Translations under genes and position numbers: made by a program
The notes under the pieces: generated by a model
The model's database searches: none
Told to the model about the DNA's origin: nothing
What the model saw: the letters and a program-made list of their open reading frames with translations, nothing else
In this document: piece after piece, positions 9,299 to 19,285 of the stretch
Layout of the letters: every line of letters begins with the position of its first letter
Position numbering within the stretch: the first letter of the stretch is position 1
From: Holosporales bacterium
Lineage (GTDB): Bacteria > Pseudomonadota > Alphaproteobacteria > RUG11792
Direction of reading: 5' to 3'
Length of the DNA stretch: 29,552 nt
Assembly: GCA_031279295.1 (NCBI GenBank)
Contig: JAITIT010000035.1
Location: forward strand, 1 to 29,552

Positions 9299-10390
9299 GT
9301 GATAGTTTGGGGTATGTTCATTCGCAATTTGGATACCTTCATAAGGACTATGGTATTCAACAGCAGCGTGATGTTATGTCATATTAAGGATGGCAGGGTA
9401 CTGCATATCACTGAGTTGTATGACAGGGAGTCTGTATTTGCGTATCTCAGAGAGAATGCTACAACTCCAGTGGAAGTTGTCGTCCACAACGACGCGATGG
9501 TATGTCAGTTAGTTCCTGTCACAAATCTAAAGCGACGTGATATTAAAGCGCTAGCAACGAATCTTCTTGCAGAGAGAGATGAGGCTAACATCTGTTTTTA
9601 TGAAGAGCTAACGCGGGATAACCATGGCAGTATTATGATGTGTAGTATGATGATAAAGGCAGATGCACTGTCATTCCTAGGTGAGCTACTTGTTGCCAGA
9701 AATTTGATACTATCAGTCTCATGTTGGCCACTGTGGATTGCGAGACATTGTTGTAACCTGTACCAATCCGACGTACATAAATTTGCTGCCTTGTTGCTCA
9801 TCGGTGAGCATGACGAATCGTGGGAAATGGTGGTAGTGCGTAATGGAGATTGTGTCTGTTATAGAAACGGGAATATCGATAGTTTCAATCGAACAGCCGA
9901 GATAGAAGATACGCTACGGTACATCAACAATGTGCTGGGAATTAGTCCAAACGATGTGGTGATTTATACGGTCACCAAGGACTCGATCTTTGGAATCACG
10001 AGCGCATCATCCATGCACATGTCAGTTGTATCTAAAGGTACCGAAATCAACGTCGCACGATACTACAGGGTTACGGATACAGTAATTAGGCTCGGTTGCT
10101 ATTTCATGGCACTAATGATGTTCATATGTTCTGTAGTAAATATTTCCGAGGCACTGAATTATCAAAGGAAACTTACTGAGGCACATAAAATTGTAGCGTC
10201 TATCGATCAGAAGATTATTGATGAAGCCCGCTTGTGGGAATCGCTTGGGAATATCCAGTATGGTGATATCGTGGACTTCAAGAAGATTCTGTTGAAACAT
10301 ACGCCAGGCTCGAAGATTCTGCATAACGCCTCAGTGACTATCGGCACGAATGCTGATGACGTCAAGGTTAACATCATCTTAGAAACATGA
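9299..10390 (+). CDS. GspL / PilM-PilN-fusion-like assembly platform protein (putative)
   Basis: Cytoplasmic region with the PilM-like segment LLLIGEHDESWEMVVVRNGDCVCYR followed by EIEDTLRYI, then one TM (IRLGCYFMALMMFICSVV), a coiled coil and a short C-terminal domain. Start may be ATG 9314. Confidence 0.5.
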   Translation: MIVWGMFIRNLDTFIRTMVFNSSVMLCHIKDGRVLHITELYDRESVFAYLRENATTPVEVVVHNDAMVCQLVPVTNLKRRDIKALATNLLAERDEANICFYEELTRDNHGSIMMCSMMIKADALSFLGELLVARNLILSVSCWPLWIARHCCNLYQSDVHKFAALLLIGEHDESWEMVVVRNGDCVCYRNGNIDSFNRTAEIEDTLRYINNVLGISPNDVVIYTVTKDSIFGITSASSMHMSVVSKGTEINVARYYRVTDTVIRLGCYFMALMMFICSVVNISEALNYQRKLTEAHKIVASIDQKIIDEARLWESLGNIQYGDIVDFKKILLKHTPGSKILHNASVTIGTNADDVKVNIILET

Positions 10391-10914
10391 TTCGGTCTCT
10401 ACTACGATTCAGCATCCATACGATGATGCAGTATGCAAAAAGGCATCTACTGGCGATCTGCGTTACTACAATAGTTATGCTGGTGAACTGCCTGACCGCT
10501 ACGTATAGAAACAGTGAAGCTGTGGCATTGGAGGGCATCAAGGATACCTCACTCACAGCTGCCAATCTTGCTATGAACCAGCAGAAATTGCACTTCATAA
10601 CAGATCACTCCTTCTCAGGTAATGGTGAAAGGTTTGAGAGCTTTGTGCATAAGCTAGCCAACGATACCATCGCGAAAATTGGTGTTATTCAGATACTTGA
10701 GGAATCGAAGGTTGGCCTGTTGAACATGCAGAAACTAGACATCACATGCACGTTTTGGCACGAGACATTCATCTTCGAATTTCTGAAGAAGCTGCAGGAG
10801 TTCAAGCCTGGATTCGTTAGGATATCGTTCATCGACATCACGAGATTTGCTGCAGTCTCTGCGGAGAACCCAGCTCTCAAGTTACAGGTAACATGCGAAT
10901 TATATCGAAAATAG
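10387..10914 (+). CDS. GspM / PilO-like bitopic membrane protein (putative)
   Basis: N-terminal TM, helical linker and an alpha/beta C-terminus ending in a beta-strand pattern (LKLQVTCELYRK). ATGA overlap with the upstream gene. Confidence 0.5.
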   Translation: MIRSLLRFSIHTMMQYAKRHLLAICVTTIVMLVNCLTATYRNSEAVALEGIKDTSLTAANLAMNQQKLHFITDHSFSGNGERFESFVHKLANDTIAKIGVIQILEESKVGLLNMQKLDITCTFWHETFIFEFLKKLQEFKPGFVRISFIDITRFAAVSAENPALKLQVTCELYRK

Positions 10915-11234
10915 GCACATTACTAATCGTGGCGCTGAGCTGGTCGTTAGCACTAGCTGAGCCCCTACTGTTTATGAGTGACGAGGAATCGAAACTGGTG
11001 CTTCGCAGCGCTAAGAAACGCAAGGCTGAGTCACACTCAAATGGCACAGTGAAACTTTCAGGAATCTTGTACATCGATGAGGATAACTGGACCGTGTGGA
11101 TAGACGGTATGCCGTACTCCTCAATCGGGCAGAAAGATGAATTCTCTATAGATGAGGTGACAGAAGATAGCGTCTCACTTACGATGCAAGACGGCTCAAC
11201 GATAAATATGTCTGTCAATCATAACGATGCATAA
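10893..11234 (+). CDS. GspB / PilP / GspC-HR-like small exported protein (putative)
   Basis: Signal peptide ending ALA-EP. LSGILYIDEDNWTVWIDG...SIDEVTEDSVSL fits the beta-rich GspB/PilP-type domain pattern. Overlaps the upstream gene. Confidence 0.5.
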   Translation: MRIISKIGTLLIVALSWSLALAEPLLFMSDEESKLVLRSAKKRKAESHSNGTVKLSGILYIDEDNWTVWIDGMPYSSIGQKDEFSIDEVTEDSVSLTMQDGSTINMSVNHNDA

Positions 11235-11310
11235 AATGGTCTAGTAGGACGATGTACTATCCTCCAGCGGAAGTGCTAAAATCGTAAAGTATAATCGTGC
11301 CTTCGGCGGT

Positions 11311-12675
11311 ATGGCGATAGTGCAAATTAATCACGTCAAGAACATAGGGATTTTTGATGTGCTCAGGGTATCCACTCCGATGATCATATCGTCATTTTCG
11401 ACTTCTCTTATGCTGATATTGGATCAGCTCATCCTGGCACACTACTCAATAGACGCAATGACGGGAGCCTCCGCCGCATCAGTGTGGTGCATGATGATGC
11501 AATTCTCATCAATATCTGTAACGATGATAGCAGGGACGATAGTGGGAAACTACAATGGAGCTGGAAGATATGAGCTGTGTGGAGTTTCGGTATGGCAGAT
11601 GATATGGTTTTCAGTTGCCATATTTGCAGTCTCAATTCCTGTTGCAATATTTGGAGGGGAGTACTGTGTGCCCAAAACCCTCCATGAAGGTGGACTCATG
11701 TACTTCAAGTTAATCATGATGTGTTCTCCTCTTGTTGTAATATCCTATACGATATCGGCTTTCTTCGTTTCCACGTGGATGGGAAACATTGTGACGACCT
11801 CAATCCTTATTGCGAATGTCGTGAACTTTGTTGTGGACATATTACTGGTATTTGATCACCTAGGCATAGGATGCTGTACTGGTAGTACGGGAGCAGCCAT
11901 TGGTACCATAACAGCTTGGCTGACGAACATCACGATTCTCTCATTCCACTTTTTCAAGCGCGAGATACGCATCAAGTACGGTACACAAAATTTTCGTCTG
12001 CAACTTACAAAGCTAAGGGAGTACCTCAAGTTGGGCGCTACTGCTGGGATAGGGCACATCATAGAAATGAGCGCATGGGGGGTGCTTTATCATCTACTTG
12101 CGAACACGAATAAGGAGATGGCTGTGATCCAATCCGTGGCCGTGTCGGTAAGTATTTTTTCATCGTTTGTTGTGGCCGGGCTTGAGAAGAGTATCCTAGC
12201 CATGACAGCTAATCTGCTCGGTAAGAAACTACAGAGTAAGGTGAATCAAGTCTTGAGAGGAGGCGTGTGCATACACATTACATACGTCAGCATCATAGCT
12301 GTGATCTTTGTGTTCGCGCCGAATGTCGTTATAGATAGTTTCATCAGATTTGATGTCTCGGCCGACATGCTTCAGAATATCAAATTGATCCTGCGTTTTG
12401 TTTTGGTATATCTCCTATTCGATGGAATCAGCTGGGTTGTAGCCGGCGCGATAGAGGGAGGTGGAGATATCAACTTTACGATGCTGTCATTTGCTACTTG
12501 CATCTGGACCTTTGTTACTATTCCGTCAATCGTGTTATATAATCTAGGCATCCTAGATACTGCTAAAGCATGGACGTTTCTCGATATGGCGGTGGCTGTT
12601 ATTGCATTGATTTTGTACCGTAGGTATAGGTCAGGTAAATGGATACGCGTTAGCGGCATCTGTACCAAGGATTAG
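11311..12675 (+). CDS. MATE family efflux transporter
   Basis: About 12 TM segments; PMIISSFSTSLMLILDQLILA, GNYNGAG, GSTGAAIGT, GAIEGGGD. Confidence 0.9.
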   Translation: MAIVQINHVKNIGIFDVLRVSTPMIISSFSTSLMLILDQLILAHYSIDAMTGASAASVWCMMMQFSSISVTMIAGTIVGNYNGAGRYELCGVSVWQMIWFSVAIFAVSIPVAIFGGEYCVPKTLHEGGLMYFKLIMMCSPLVVISYTISAFFVSTWMGNIVTTSILIANVVNFVVDILLVFDHLGIGCCTGSTGAAIGTITAWLTNITILSFHFFKREIRIKYGTQNFRLQLTKLREYLKLGATAGIGHIIEMSAWGVLYHLLANTNKEMAVIQSVAVSVSIFSSFVVAGLEKSILAMTANLLGKKLQSKVNQVLRGGVCIHITYVSIIAVIFVFAPNVVIDSFIRFDVSADMLQNIKLILRFVLVYLLFDGISWVVAGAIEGGGDINFTMLSFATCIWTFVTIPSIVLYNLGILDTAKAWTFLDMAVAVIALILYRRYRSGKWIRVSGICTKD

Positions 12676-12702
12676 GTTGTCTTTATAAGTCCGAGGATGC
12701 TT

Positions 12703-13428
12703 TCAACATAGCTCCATGTTGTGGAATACCCTCTGCACGTCATCGTTATCATCAAGAGCATCTAAGAGTTTCTCCACAGTTGCGCGTACATTTTCATCGC
12801 ACTGCACACATGACGTCGGAACCCATATCAAACCAGACTCGACAGGATCACCAACCCTTGTGGTAAATGCATTTCGAACCTCAGCAAATTTTTTCGCGGA
12901 TGTTATCACTTCCACCCAGCCTTCATCAGTCTCGCGAATGTCGTCTGCCCCGGAATCTATGGCATACTCGTATGCTGTATCGAACCCACCAGTGATCGAC
13001 TTATACAGCAAACAACCAACTCTATTGAAGATACAGGAGACGCTGCCTGTTTCGCCAAGACGACCTCCAAACTTAGTAAATGCTGATCTTACTTCAGATG
13101 CAGTGCGGTTCCTGTTGTCTGTAAGCGCCTCCACTATTATGGCTACTCCATCAGGCCCACGTCCCTCATATTGTACGTCAAGAAAGTTTGAAGAGTTACT
13201 GTCGCTCGTAGCCTTAGCAATGGCCTTCTCGATATTGTCCTTTGGCATGTTGTTTTCGCGAGCGCCAGCAAGTGCGGTTCTAAGTCTGGGGTTTGCTGTT
13301 GGATCTCTGCCACCCAGTTTCGTTGCCACAGTAATCTCACGCGATAGCTTAGCGAACCTCCTTGCACGCTTCTCATCTTGCGCGCCCTTGCGATACATGA
13401 TGTTGTGAAATTGCGAATGTCCAGCCAT
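12703..13428 (-). CDS. yebC: YebC/PmpR family DNA-binding regulator
   Basis: MAGHSQFHNI, NPRLR, YEGRGPDGVAIIVEALTDNRNRT, DDNDDVQRVFHN. Confidence 0.95.
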   Translation of the reverse strand: MAGHSQFHNIMYRKGAQDEKRARRFAKLSREITVATKLGGRDPTANPRLRTALAGARENNMPKDNIEKAIAKATSDSNSSNFLDVQYEGRGPDGVAIIVEALTDNRNRTASEVRSAFTKFGGRLGETGSVSCIFNRVGCLLYKSITGGFDTAYEYAIDSGADDIRETDEGWVEVITSAKKFAEVRNAFTTRVGDPVESGLIWVPTSCVQCDENVRATVEKLLDALDDNDDVQRVFHNMELC

Positions 13429-13707
13429 ATAAAAATTTATAACTCAGGCACATCCCATCTTACCATTGTACCAAGCAATGACTCTGACAATCCAGCAAAA
13501 CCACCTGACAGCTATAGAGCCAGTTAGTCCCATGTACCTATATTTGGCACAGAACACCAAATGGTATTTAGAATCGTACGTGCTGTGATTACAATGCCTG
13601 TATATCATGGGGGGGTATTATACTGAAGTGTTCACCTAAGGCGAGGATGTTAATTTTTTCCACACTTAGCTACGTAACCTTTTAAGTGACAATGTCAATT
13701 TCCGGTA

Positions 13708-13956
13708 TCACACTACGTCTTTGTTAACTACGGCGAGGCAACTCCTGCCATTCGTGTACACGAATCCATCTGTAATTTTCGTAGACATACGCACACCAGC
13801 ATCCGTTACGTATATGATCTCCTCCGAAATTTTTGCCATATATGGTTGGTGCTGTGGCAATATGGTAACTGGACCATTGCCCGTAATAACATATATCTCC
13901 TTGGCGTAGTTATCAAAGATCCTCTCTTTGTCGCAGATCACCACTAAATTTAACAT
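13708..13956 (-). CDS. atpC: F0F1 ATP synthase epsilon-like protein, N-terminal beta-sandwich only
   Basis: LNLVVI..ERIFDNYAKEIYV..GNGPVTILPQHQP...DGFV fits the epsilon N-domain pattern (G.xGILPxHxP ... GGF). No C-terminal helices. Start is ATG 13956 or GTG 13971. Confidence 0.6.
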   Translation of the reverse strand: MLNLVVICDKERIFDNYAKEIYVITGNGPVTILPQHQPYMAKISEEIIYVTDAGVRMSTKITDGFVYTNGRSCLAVVNKDVV

Positions 13957-13970
13957 GCTTATCATCACCA

Positions 13971-14645
13971 CTAAAAATCTGGATTCGAGTACTCAGGTGA
14001 CGGAAGTACCTGCGGTAGGTTATCGCTTAAGATACTCCTGAATCCTGGCCTTGATTTTATCCTTGCGTACCAGCTCTTTGCAACTTCGTATTTATTCCAT
14101 ACAATGATCCCGAGATAGTCTAGCACTGAAACCAAGGATGCTGCATGTATATCAGCTATTGAAAAATCCCTTCCTGCTAGCCAGTTCCTTCTGTCGATGA
14201 GCCATGACATATAGTCCATGTGTGTAGATAACTTGGAGCATGCTAACCTTACGCTCGCTGGATCTGGGGTCTTACTTATATCATTCGCGAACCTCTTCAA
14301 AATTTTTTCCCTTATCAGTGGGAAGTAGACATCCCTATAAAATACGACGTCGAACCAATCTGCCAATCTACGGGCCTCGGCCCTTTGCACGTGTTCCTTT
14401 CCAATCATTTCAATCTCCGGATATGTTTCATTCAGATACTCCCTGATGGCAGAATTACCAAAAACTGATACACCACTGATGTCGACTAGGACAGGTAACG
14501 TTCCAAACAAATTTTGCTCCAACAACGAGTCAGACGGAGCCCACGGGCTCTCATATATCAGTACGCAATCCAGCCTCTTTTCAGCAAGCAGAAACCTAAC
14601 GGCCCTCGAGAACCCGCACAACGGATAATGGTATAACTTGCGCAT
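13971..14645 (-). CDS. fzlA: Glutathione S-transferase family protein, FtsZ-binding FzlA type
   Basis: MRKLYHYPLCGFSRAVR, RNWLAG, LDYLG, WYARIKSRP, and the FzlA-like C-terminus PSPEYSNPDF. Confidence 0.82.
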   Translation of the reverse strand: MRKLYHYPLCGFSRAVRFLLAEKRLDCVLIYESPWAPSDSLLEQNLFGTLPVLVDISGVSVFGNSAIREYLNETYPEIEMIGKEHVQRAEARRLADWFDVVFYRDVYFPLIREKILKRFANDISKTPDPASVRLACSKLSTHMDYMSWLIDRRNWLAGRDFSIADIHAASLVSVLDYLGIIVWNKYEVAKSWYARIKSRPGFRSILSDNLPQVLPSPEYSNPDF

Positions 14646-14658
14646 CGTATGCTGGAAC

Positions 14659-15219
14659 CTATATCTGCGTTATGTCGTGCTGTTTTACCTGAAGCAGCGC
14701 TTCAATCTTCTTGGAGAACTCATTCGTTAGATCCTGAACATCGTCAGACAGTTTTTTCATTTCATCCTCACCAATCTCATCGTTCTTCTCCATGGCTTTC
14801 ACATGATCCATGGCGTCCCTTCGGATATTCCTAATGGCAACCTTGGTATCTTCAGCGTACTTCCCAGCTAATTTGGAAAGCTCCTGCCTTCTCTCATCTG
14901 AGAGCGGCGGAATCGGTACCCTTATAACTTGCCCCTCCGTGATTGGATTCAGACTCGCTTCACAATCTCTTATTGCTCTCTCAACGTTTTTTACCAAATC
15001 CTTATCCCAGACGTTGACAATGAGGAGCCTAGAGTCTGGAGACGAAACAGTACCAATCTGGTTAATTGGCATTAACGAACCATAGGCGTTCACCTTAATC
15101 GGCTCGAGCAGAGCAGAAGTAGCACGCCCGGCTCTTATTCCGGACAATTCCCTTGTAAACGCATCAACTGATAATTCCATCTTATTTTTAAACTGCTGCA
15201 GCCTTGGATCTAAGCTCAT
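14659..15219 (-). CDS. frr: Ribosome recycling factor
   Basis: IRAGRAT, AYGSLMPINQIG, VPIPPLSDERR, KVAIRNIRRDA. Confidence 0.97.
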   Translation of the reverse strand: MSLDPRLQQFKNKMELSVDAFTRELSGIRAGRATSALLEPIKVNAYGSLMPINQIGTVSSPDSRLLIVNVWDKDLVKNVERAIRDCEASLNPITEGQVIRVPIPPLSDERRQELSKLAGKYAEDTKVAIRNIRRDAMDHVKAMEKNDEIGEDEMKKLSDDVQDLTNEFSKKIEALLQVKQHDITQI

Positions 15220-15428
15220 AATTGGTCCCTCTAAAGAAATTACCGTTCATCTTCACTCAGTGCGAGTTTACCAAAAAAGACATACACAACAAACTAAAAG
15301 ACGTACTTTAGTACAACACAGCCCACTCTAAAACATCCCTCCTGCTTTCAGAACTACCAACATAAGCTTCCTTTTTAGACTAGCCCTTACTATGGATTCC
15401 ATCTCGACCGAAACCGAGGGTACCAAAC

Positions 15429-15492
15429 AATGCTTACAAAGCAGATTAGTAGAATCAGTAACCATGATTGAAAGGAAAGCGCTGTAAGCATT
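15429..15492. repeat. 10-bp perfect inverted repeat AATGCTTACA-N44-TGTAAGCATT
   Basis: Read directly in the divergent frr/xseA intergenic region. Confidence 0.6.
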
Positions 15493-15506
15493 ATGATTAG
15501 AATAGG

Positions 15507-16913
15507 ATGCCTATTGTTAACTCGTCCATCTTCTTGCTATACTCACTACATCGTCATAAGTATCTTGGAATCGGCACCATGTGCTCAATGCCCGCTTTTG
15601 CAAAATCATTACACTTACTAGGCGATGAGGATATCTTCACTGTATCAGAGCTATCGTACGCTGTCAAGGGTATGGTCGAAAAAAATTTCACAGCGATCAA
15701 AGTGCGTGGAGAAGTCTCTAGCCTGAAGCTACATTCATCTGGCCATACGTACCTGTCAATCAAAGACGAGGAGGCAGTCATCGATGCGATTTGCTGGAGG
15801 GGCACGAAGATTACCTCCCAGATGGAGGAGGGGATGGAAGTCATAGTAAAAGGCCGTGTGACGACATACCCAACCAGATCAAAATACCAGCTTATCATAG
15901 AGGAGGCCAGCGTAGCAGGAGAAGGCGCGTTGCTAAAGATTATCAACGAAAGGAAGAAACTGTTTGCTGCCCGTGGATACTTCGATAAGCAACTACCTAT
16001 CCCGAAATTCCCTAGGATCATAGGCATCGTAACCTCTAAGACCGGAGCAGTTATAGAGGATATGAAACATCGGCTACGTGACAGGTATCCTTTTTGTCAC
16101 GCCGTAGTGTGGCCTGTTAACGTACAGGGAGTTGGAGCAGCTGAACAGGTTGCGAACGCTGTTAGAGGATTTAACTTGATGAGCGACAAAAGACCTGACA
16201 TCCTGATAGTTGCTCGTGGAGGCGGAAGCATAGAAGACTTGCTACCATTCAATGAGGAGGTTGTTGTTCGTGCAGTCTTTGATAGTAGGATCCCAGTCAT
16301 ATCGGCCATAGGCCACGAGACGGATACGACACTCATTGACTATGCCTCGGATCTTCGCGCCCCCACTCCCACAGCAGCAATTGAATTTGCAACGCCTGTA
16401 CTTACAGATGTTAGGGGTACATTCTCCAGAAATTGTGCAAGGCTAAATGCTACCACGGTTCGTATCATAGATGAATTACGTTCGTGCCTATCTACGCTAC
16501 ACAAACGCCTGGTGTCTGCGCGGTTTTCTATCACTGCTGTTGGCCAGAAGTTTGATGATAGGATTGATAGACTCACGGCTGCAATGGCCAACTTCATGGG
16601 CAAGGAAATCACCACACTTCGATCAAATAGACTGATCAGCCTCAACAACTACATCGCAATGAAGAAGCAGCACTACGCATCGGGAGCTAGTAGATTTACG
16701 GCGCTGCTGGGAATGTATCTCAGCAGACAACTGGAGAGGTCAGAGGTGCTTTTCAACAGGCTAGATCAGAGCTCGCTCAAGTCAGTCCTGAAAAAGGGAT
16801 TCTGCTTCGTGACTGATAGGCTAGGCAGGACGATAGAGACGAGGGAGATGTTTGAGAGCGAAAGAGCAAACGGTGTCGTCCTACACTTTGTTGATGGGTC
16901 TGTCAGCATCTGA
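15507..16913 (+). CDS. xseA: Exodeoxyribonuclease VII large subunit
   Basis: TVSELS, VRGEVS, SGHTY, ARGGGSIEDL, ISAIGHETD, APTPTAA. True start is probably ATG 15579 or 15588. Confidence 0.95.
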   Translation: MPIVNSSIFLLYSLHRHKYLGIGTMCSMPAFAKSLHLLGDEDIFTVSELSYAVKGMVEKNFTAIKVRGEVSSLKLHSSGHTYLSIKDEEAVIDAICWRGTKITSQMEEGMEVIVKGRVTTYPTRSKYQLIIEEASVAGEGALLKIINERKKLFAARGYFDKQLPIPKFPRIIGIVTSKTGAVIEDMKHRLRDRYPFCHAVVWPVNVQGVGAAEQVANAVRGFNLMSDKRPDILIVARGGGSIEDLLPFNEEVVVRAVFDSRIPVISAIGHETDTTLIDYASDLRAPTPTAAIEFATPVLTDVRGTFSRNCARLNATTVRIIDELRSCLSTLHKRLVSARFSITAVGQKFDDRIDRLTAAMANFMGKEITTLRSNRLISLNNYIAMKKQHYASGASRFTALLGMYLSRQLERSEVLFNRLDQSSLKSVLKKGFCFVTDRLGRTIETREMFESERANGVVLHFVDGSVSI

Positions 16914-16945
16914 TCATTGTACGGCTCTTAATGCTGCTTGCAGCA

Positions 16946-18190
16946 TTAAGAATCCACTACACTAATCTTCGTAAATTTCTTGCGACCAACCGATATGATA
17001 CAATCATCTGTGATGCTAGTCTCGTAATCCTCGATGACTGCTCCATCCACTCTTACTCCGCGTCCGTCTATCAGTCTCTTTGCTGCCGTGAGGCTCGCAG
17101 CCAGTTTCGTTTCATGAAGCACATTACAGATTTTTGTATCACGCTTAAATACGAACGTATCAATCATCTGCGTACAGTCACTACATCCATCTCTAAACAA
17201 GCTACTAGCCGTAGCTTTAATAGACTGCAGATCAGCGGTTGGATGCACGAACGATGTCACAGAATCTGCTAGCAGTATCTTCATATCATTGATAGCTGCA
17301 GTACCGATAAGTCCCTCATACTCGTTAATTTCATCAAGGCTCATATCAGAGAACAGCTTCAGAAATTTCGGGACATCTGCATCATCCACGTTTCTCCAGT
17401 ACTGCCAGAATTCAAATACGGATGTTAAGTTCTCGTCCAACCATACCGCTCCACTCTCTGTCTTCCCCATTTTCAATCCATGGGAATTTGTGAGAAGAGG
17501 AGTAGATACTCCGTACGCTAGCTTGCCAGTTCTCTTTCGTATAAGATCTACTCCGAAGATCATGTTTGCCCATTGATCTGCTCCCCCGAGCTGGACCTTG
17601 CAACCATAGTTTTCGAAGAGGTAGAGGAAGTCGTAGGCCTGTATCAGCATGTAGCTGAATTCCAAAAAACTCAGATGCTGCTGCCTTTCAAGCCTTGCGC
17701 TGATGCTATCGAGTGCGAGCATCTTATTCACAGAAAATGATGGTCCGTATTCTCGAAGGAAATCCATGTAGTTAAGCTTTGAGATCCAGTCGTCATTGTT
17801 TAGGAGGATCGCAGCGTTGCCAGTATCTCCGAATTTAAGGAGTGTATGCAACTTAGATACGACGGCTGATATGTTGCTCTTGATCACCTCAAGCTCTAGC
17901 ATCGCTCTCTGCTGATCCTTCCACGTAGGATCTCCGATCTTACCAGTGGCTCCCCCAATGACTATGATCGGTTTTAGCCCACTCTTCTGCAATTCATTAA
18001 CCAACTTGATCCACAGCAGATGTCCGACGTGAAGACTAGGGGCCGTAGGATCGCACCCTATGTAGAATACGATTTCATGTGCGCTACTGCAGACCAGATT
18101 ATCGAGTGATTCTGCATCGGTAATCTGGTACAGGAATCCACGATCGTTAAGGTTGTTTAGGGTATCTGAGCGAAATCTGCTTCGAGACAT
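16946..18190 (-). CDS. tyrS: Tyrosine--tRNA ligase
   Basis: YIGCDPTAPSLHVGH, GGATGKIGDP, QLGGADQW, KMGKT and a C-terminal S4-like domain. ATG 18190 preferred; the ORF track starts at 18229. Confidence 0.97.
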   Translation of the reverse strand: MSRSRFRSDTLNNLNDRGFLYQITDAESLDNLVCSSAHEIVFYIGCDPTAPSLHVGHLLWIKLVNELQKSGLKPIIVIGGATGKIGDPTWKDQQRAMLELEVIKSNISAVVSKLHTLLKFGDTGNAAILLNNDDWISKLNYMDFLREYGPSFSVNKMLALDSISARLERQQHLSFLEFSYMLIQAYDFLYLFENYGCKVQLGGADQWANMIFGVDLIRKRTGKLAYGVSTPLLTNSHGLKMGKTESGAVWLDENLTSVFEFWQYWRNVDDADVPKFLKLFSDMSLDEINEYEGLIGTAAINDMKILLADSVTSFVHPTADLQSIKATASSLFRDGCSDCTQMIDTFVFKRDTKICNVLHETKLAASLTAAKRLIDGRGVRVDGAVIEDYETSITDDCIISVGRKKFTKISVVDS

Positions 18191-18307
18191 ACCGTACTCA
18201 TGGAATGAACACGCTCCGCATTCTACCATGCGTGTGCATTACGTAGCAAACGATCTGGAGCTAGATATTTTATTATAACACCACCTACCCAAATTCAACA
18301 GCTAATC

Positions 18308-19252
18308 TTAGCGCCTCCCCAGAAACTCCTCGGTACGCTTTGCGGCGAGGGCTCCGTGACCAGCCGCATAGATCGCTTGTTTTAACGACCGACTGACAAC
18401 ATCACCAGCAGCGAAGATCCCCTCGCAGGACGTTGCCGTATCAGTAGCCAGTATGTATTTTTCATCGTCCAGGACGACTAGCTCCTTCACGATCTCTGAC
18501 GTTGGTGTGGTTCCAACGGCTATAAACACTCCATCTACCTTCAGTATTGTCTCATCAGATGTGAGCCTATTCTTAATGTACAGCGTATCGACAGTTGTTT
18601 TCCCGGCAATTACGGACGGCTCTGAGTTCCATATACAACGCACGTTGTCCTTGTTGAATAGTTTCTGCTGCATTACATTATCGGCCCTCAGTGTATCTCT
18701 CCTATGTATCAGCGTAACCTCGCTAGCGAAACTTGAGAGAAAGAGCGCCTCCATCACAGCGGAGTTACCACCGCCAATGACTGCTACCTTTTTACTCTTG
18801 TACATTGGACCATCACATGTTGCGCACCATGATACTCCCCTATTAGTAAACTCGGATTCACCAGGGATATTGAGGTGCCTGTGTCTGGCCCCAGTTGCAA
18901 TTATCATTGCCTGGGCACACACAGGATCAGCTCGTGGTATTGTTATTGTGAACTTACCATTGTTCCCCTGAGGTATCACTGACGTAACATCAATTGACTC
19001 TGCAGCTTCGTAAATAAACCGGGTACCAAGCTCTTTAGCATGTGCCATCATCTTCATCATAAGATCCGTTCCCTTGATGGAACTAAAGCCTGGGAAATTT
19101 TCTATGAGATCGGTGTTTATGAGTTGCCCTCCCGGATTCAAGCCAGTGATGACGAGAGGGTTAAGATCTGATCTAGCGAGGTAGATCGCCGCCGTAAGCC
19201 CCGCTGGCCCAGATCCAATTATCACTACATTTTCAATAGCCTGCTCCTGCAT
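18308..19252 (-). CDS. trxB: Thioredoxin reductase
   Basis: IIGSGPAGLTAA, CATCDG redox motif, IGGGNSA, IHRR, FAAGD. Confidence 0.97.
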   Translation of the reverse strand: MQEQAIENVVIIGSGPAGLTAAIYLARSDLNPLVITGLNPGGQLINTDLIENFPGFSSIKGTDLMMKMMAHAKELGTRFIYEAAESIDVTSVIPQGNNGKFTITIPRADPVCAQAMIIATGARHRHLNIPGESEFTNRGVSWCATCDGPMYKSKKVAVIGGGNSAVMEALFLSSFASEVTLIHRRDTLRADNVMQQKLFNKDNVRCIWNSEPSVIAGKTTVDTLYIKNRLTSDETILKVDGVFIAVGTTPTSEIVKELVVLDDEKYILATDTATSCEGIFAAGDVVSRSLKQAIYAAGHGALAAKRTEEFLGRR

Positions 19253-19285
19253 ACCGTCACACTCAATATCCTGCTGTTACGCCGC

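Noticed and set aside
12716-13408. 230-aa plus-strand ORF and similar long antisense ORFs (862-1344, 2962-3366, 4586-5131, 7275-7922, 15554-16027, 18453-18971)
   Set aside because: They are in-register shadows of well-supported genes on the opposite strand, with Ser/Thr-rich composition and no motifs.
13687-13697. TGACA-A-TGTCA palindrome downstream of the atpC-like gene
   Set aside because: Short, single occurrence and not tied to an identifiable promoter, so compatible with chance.
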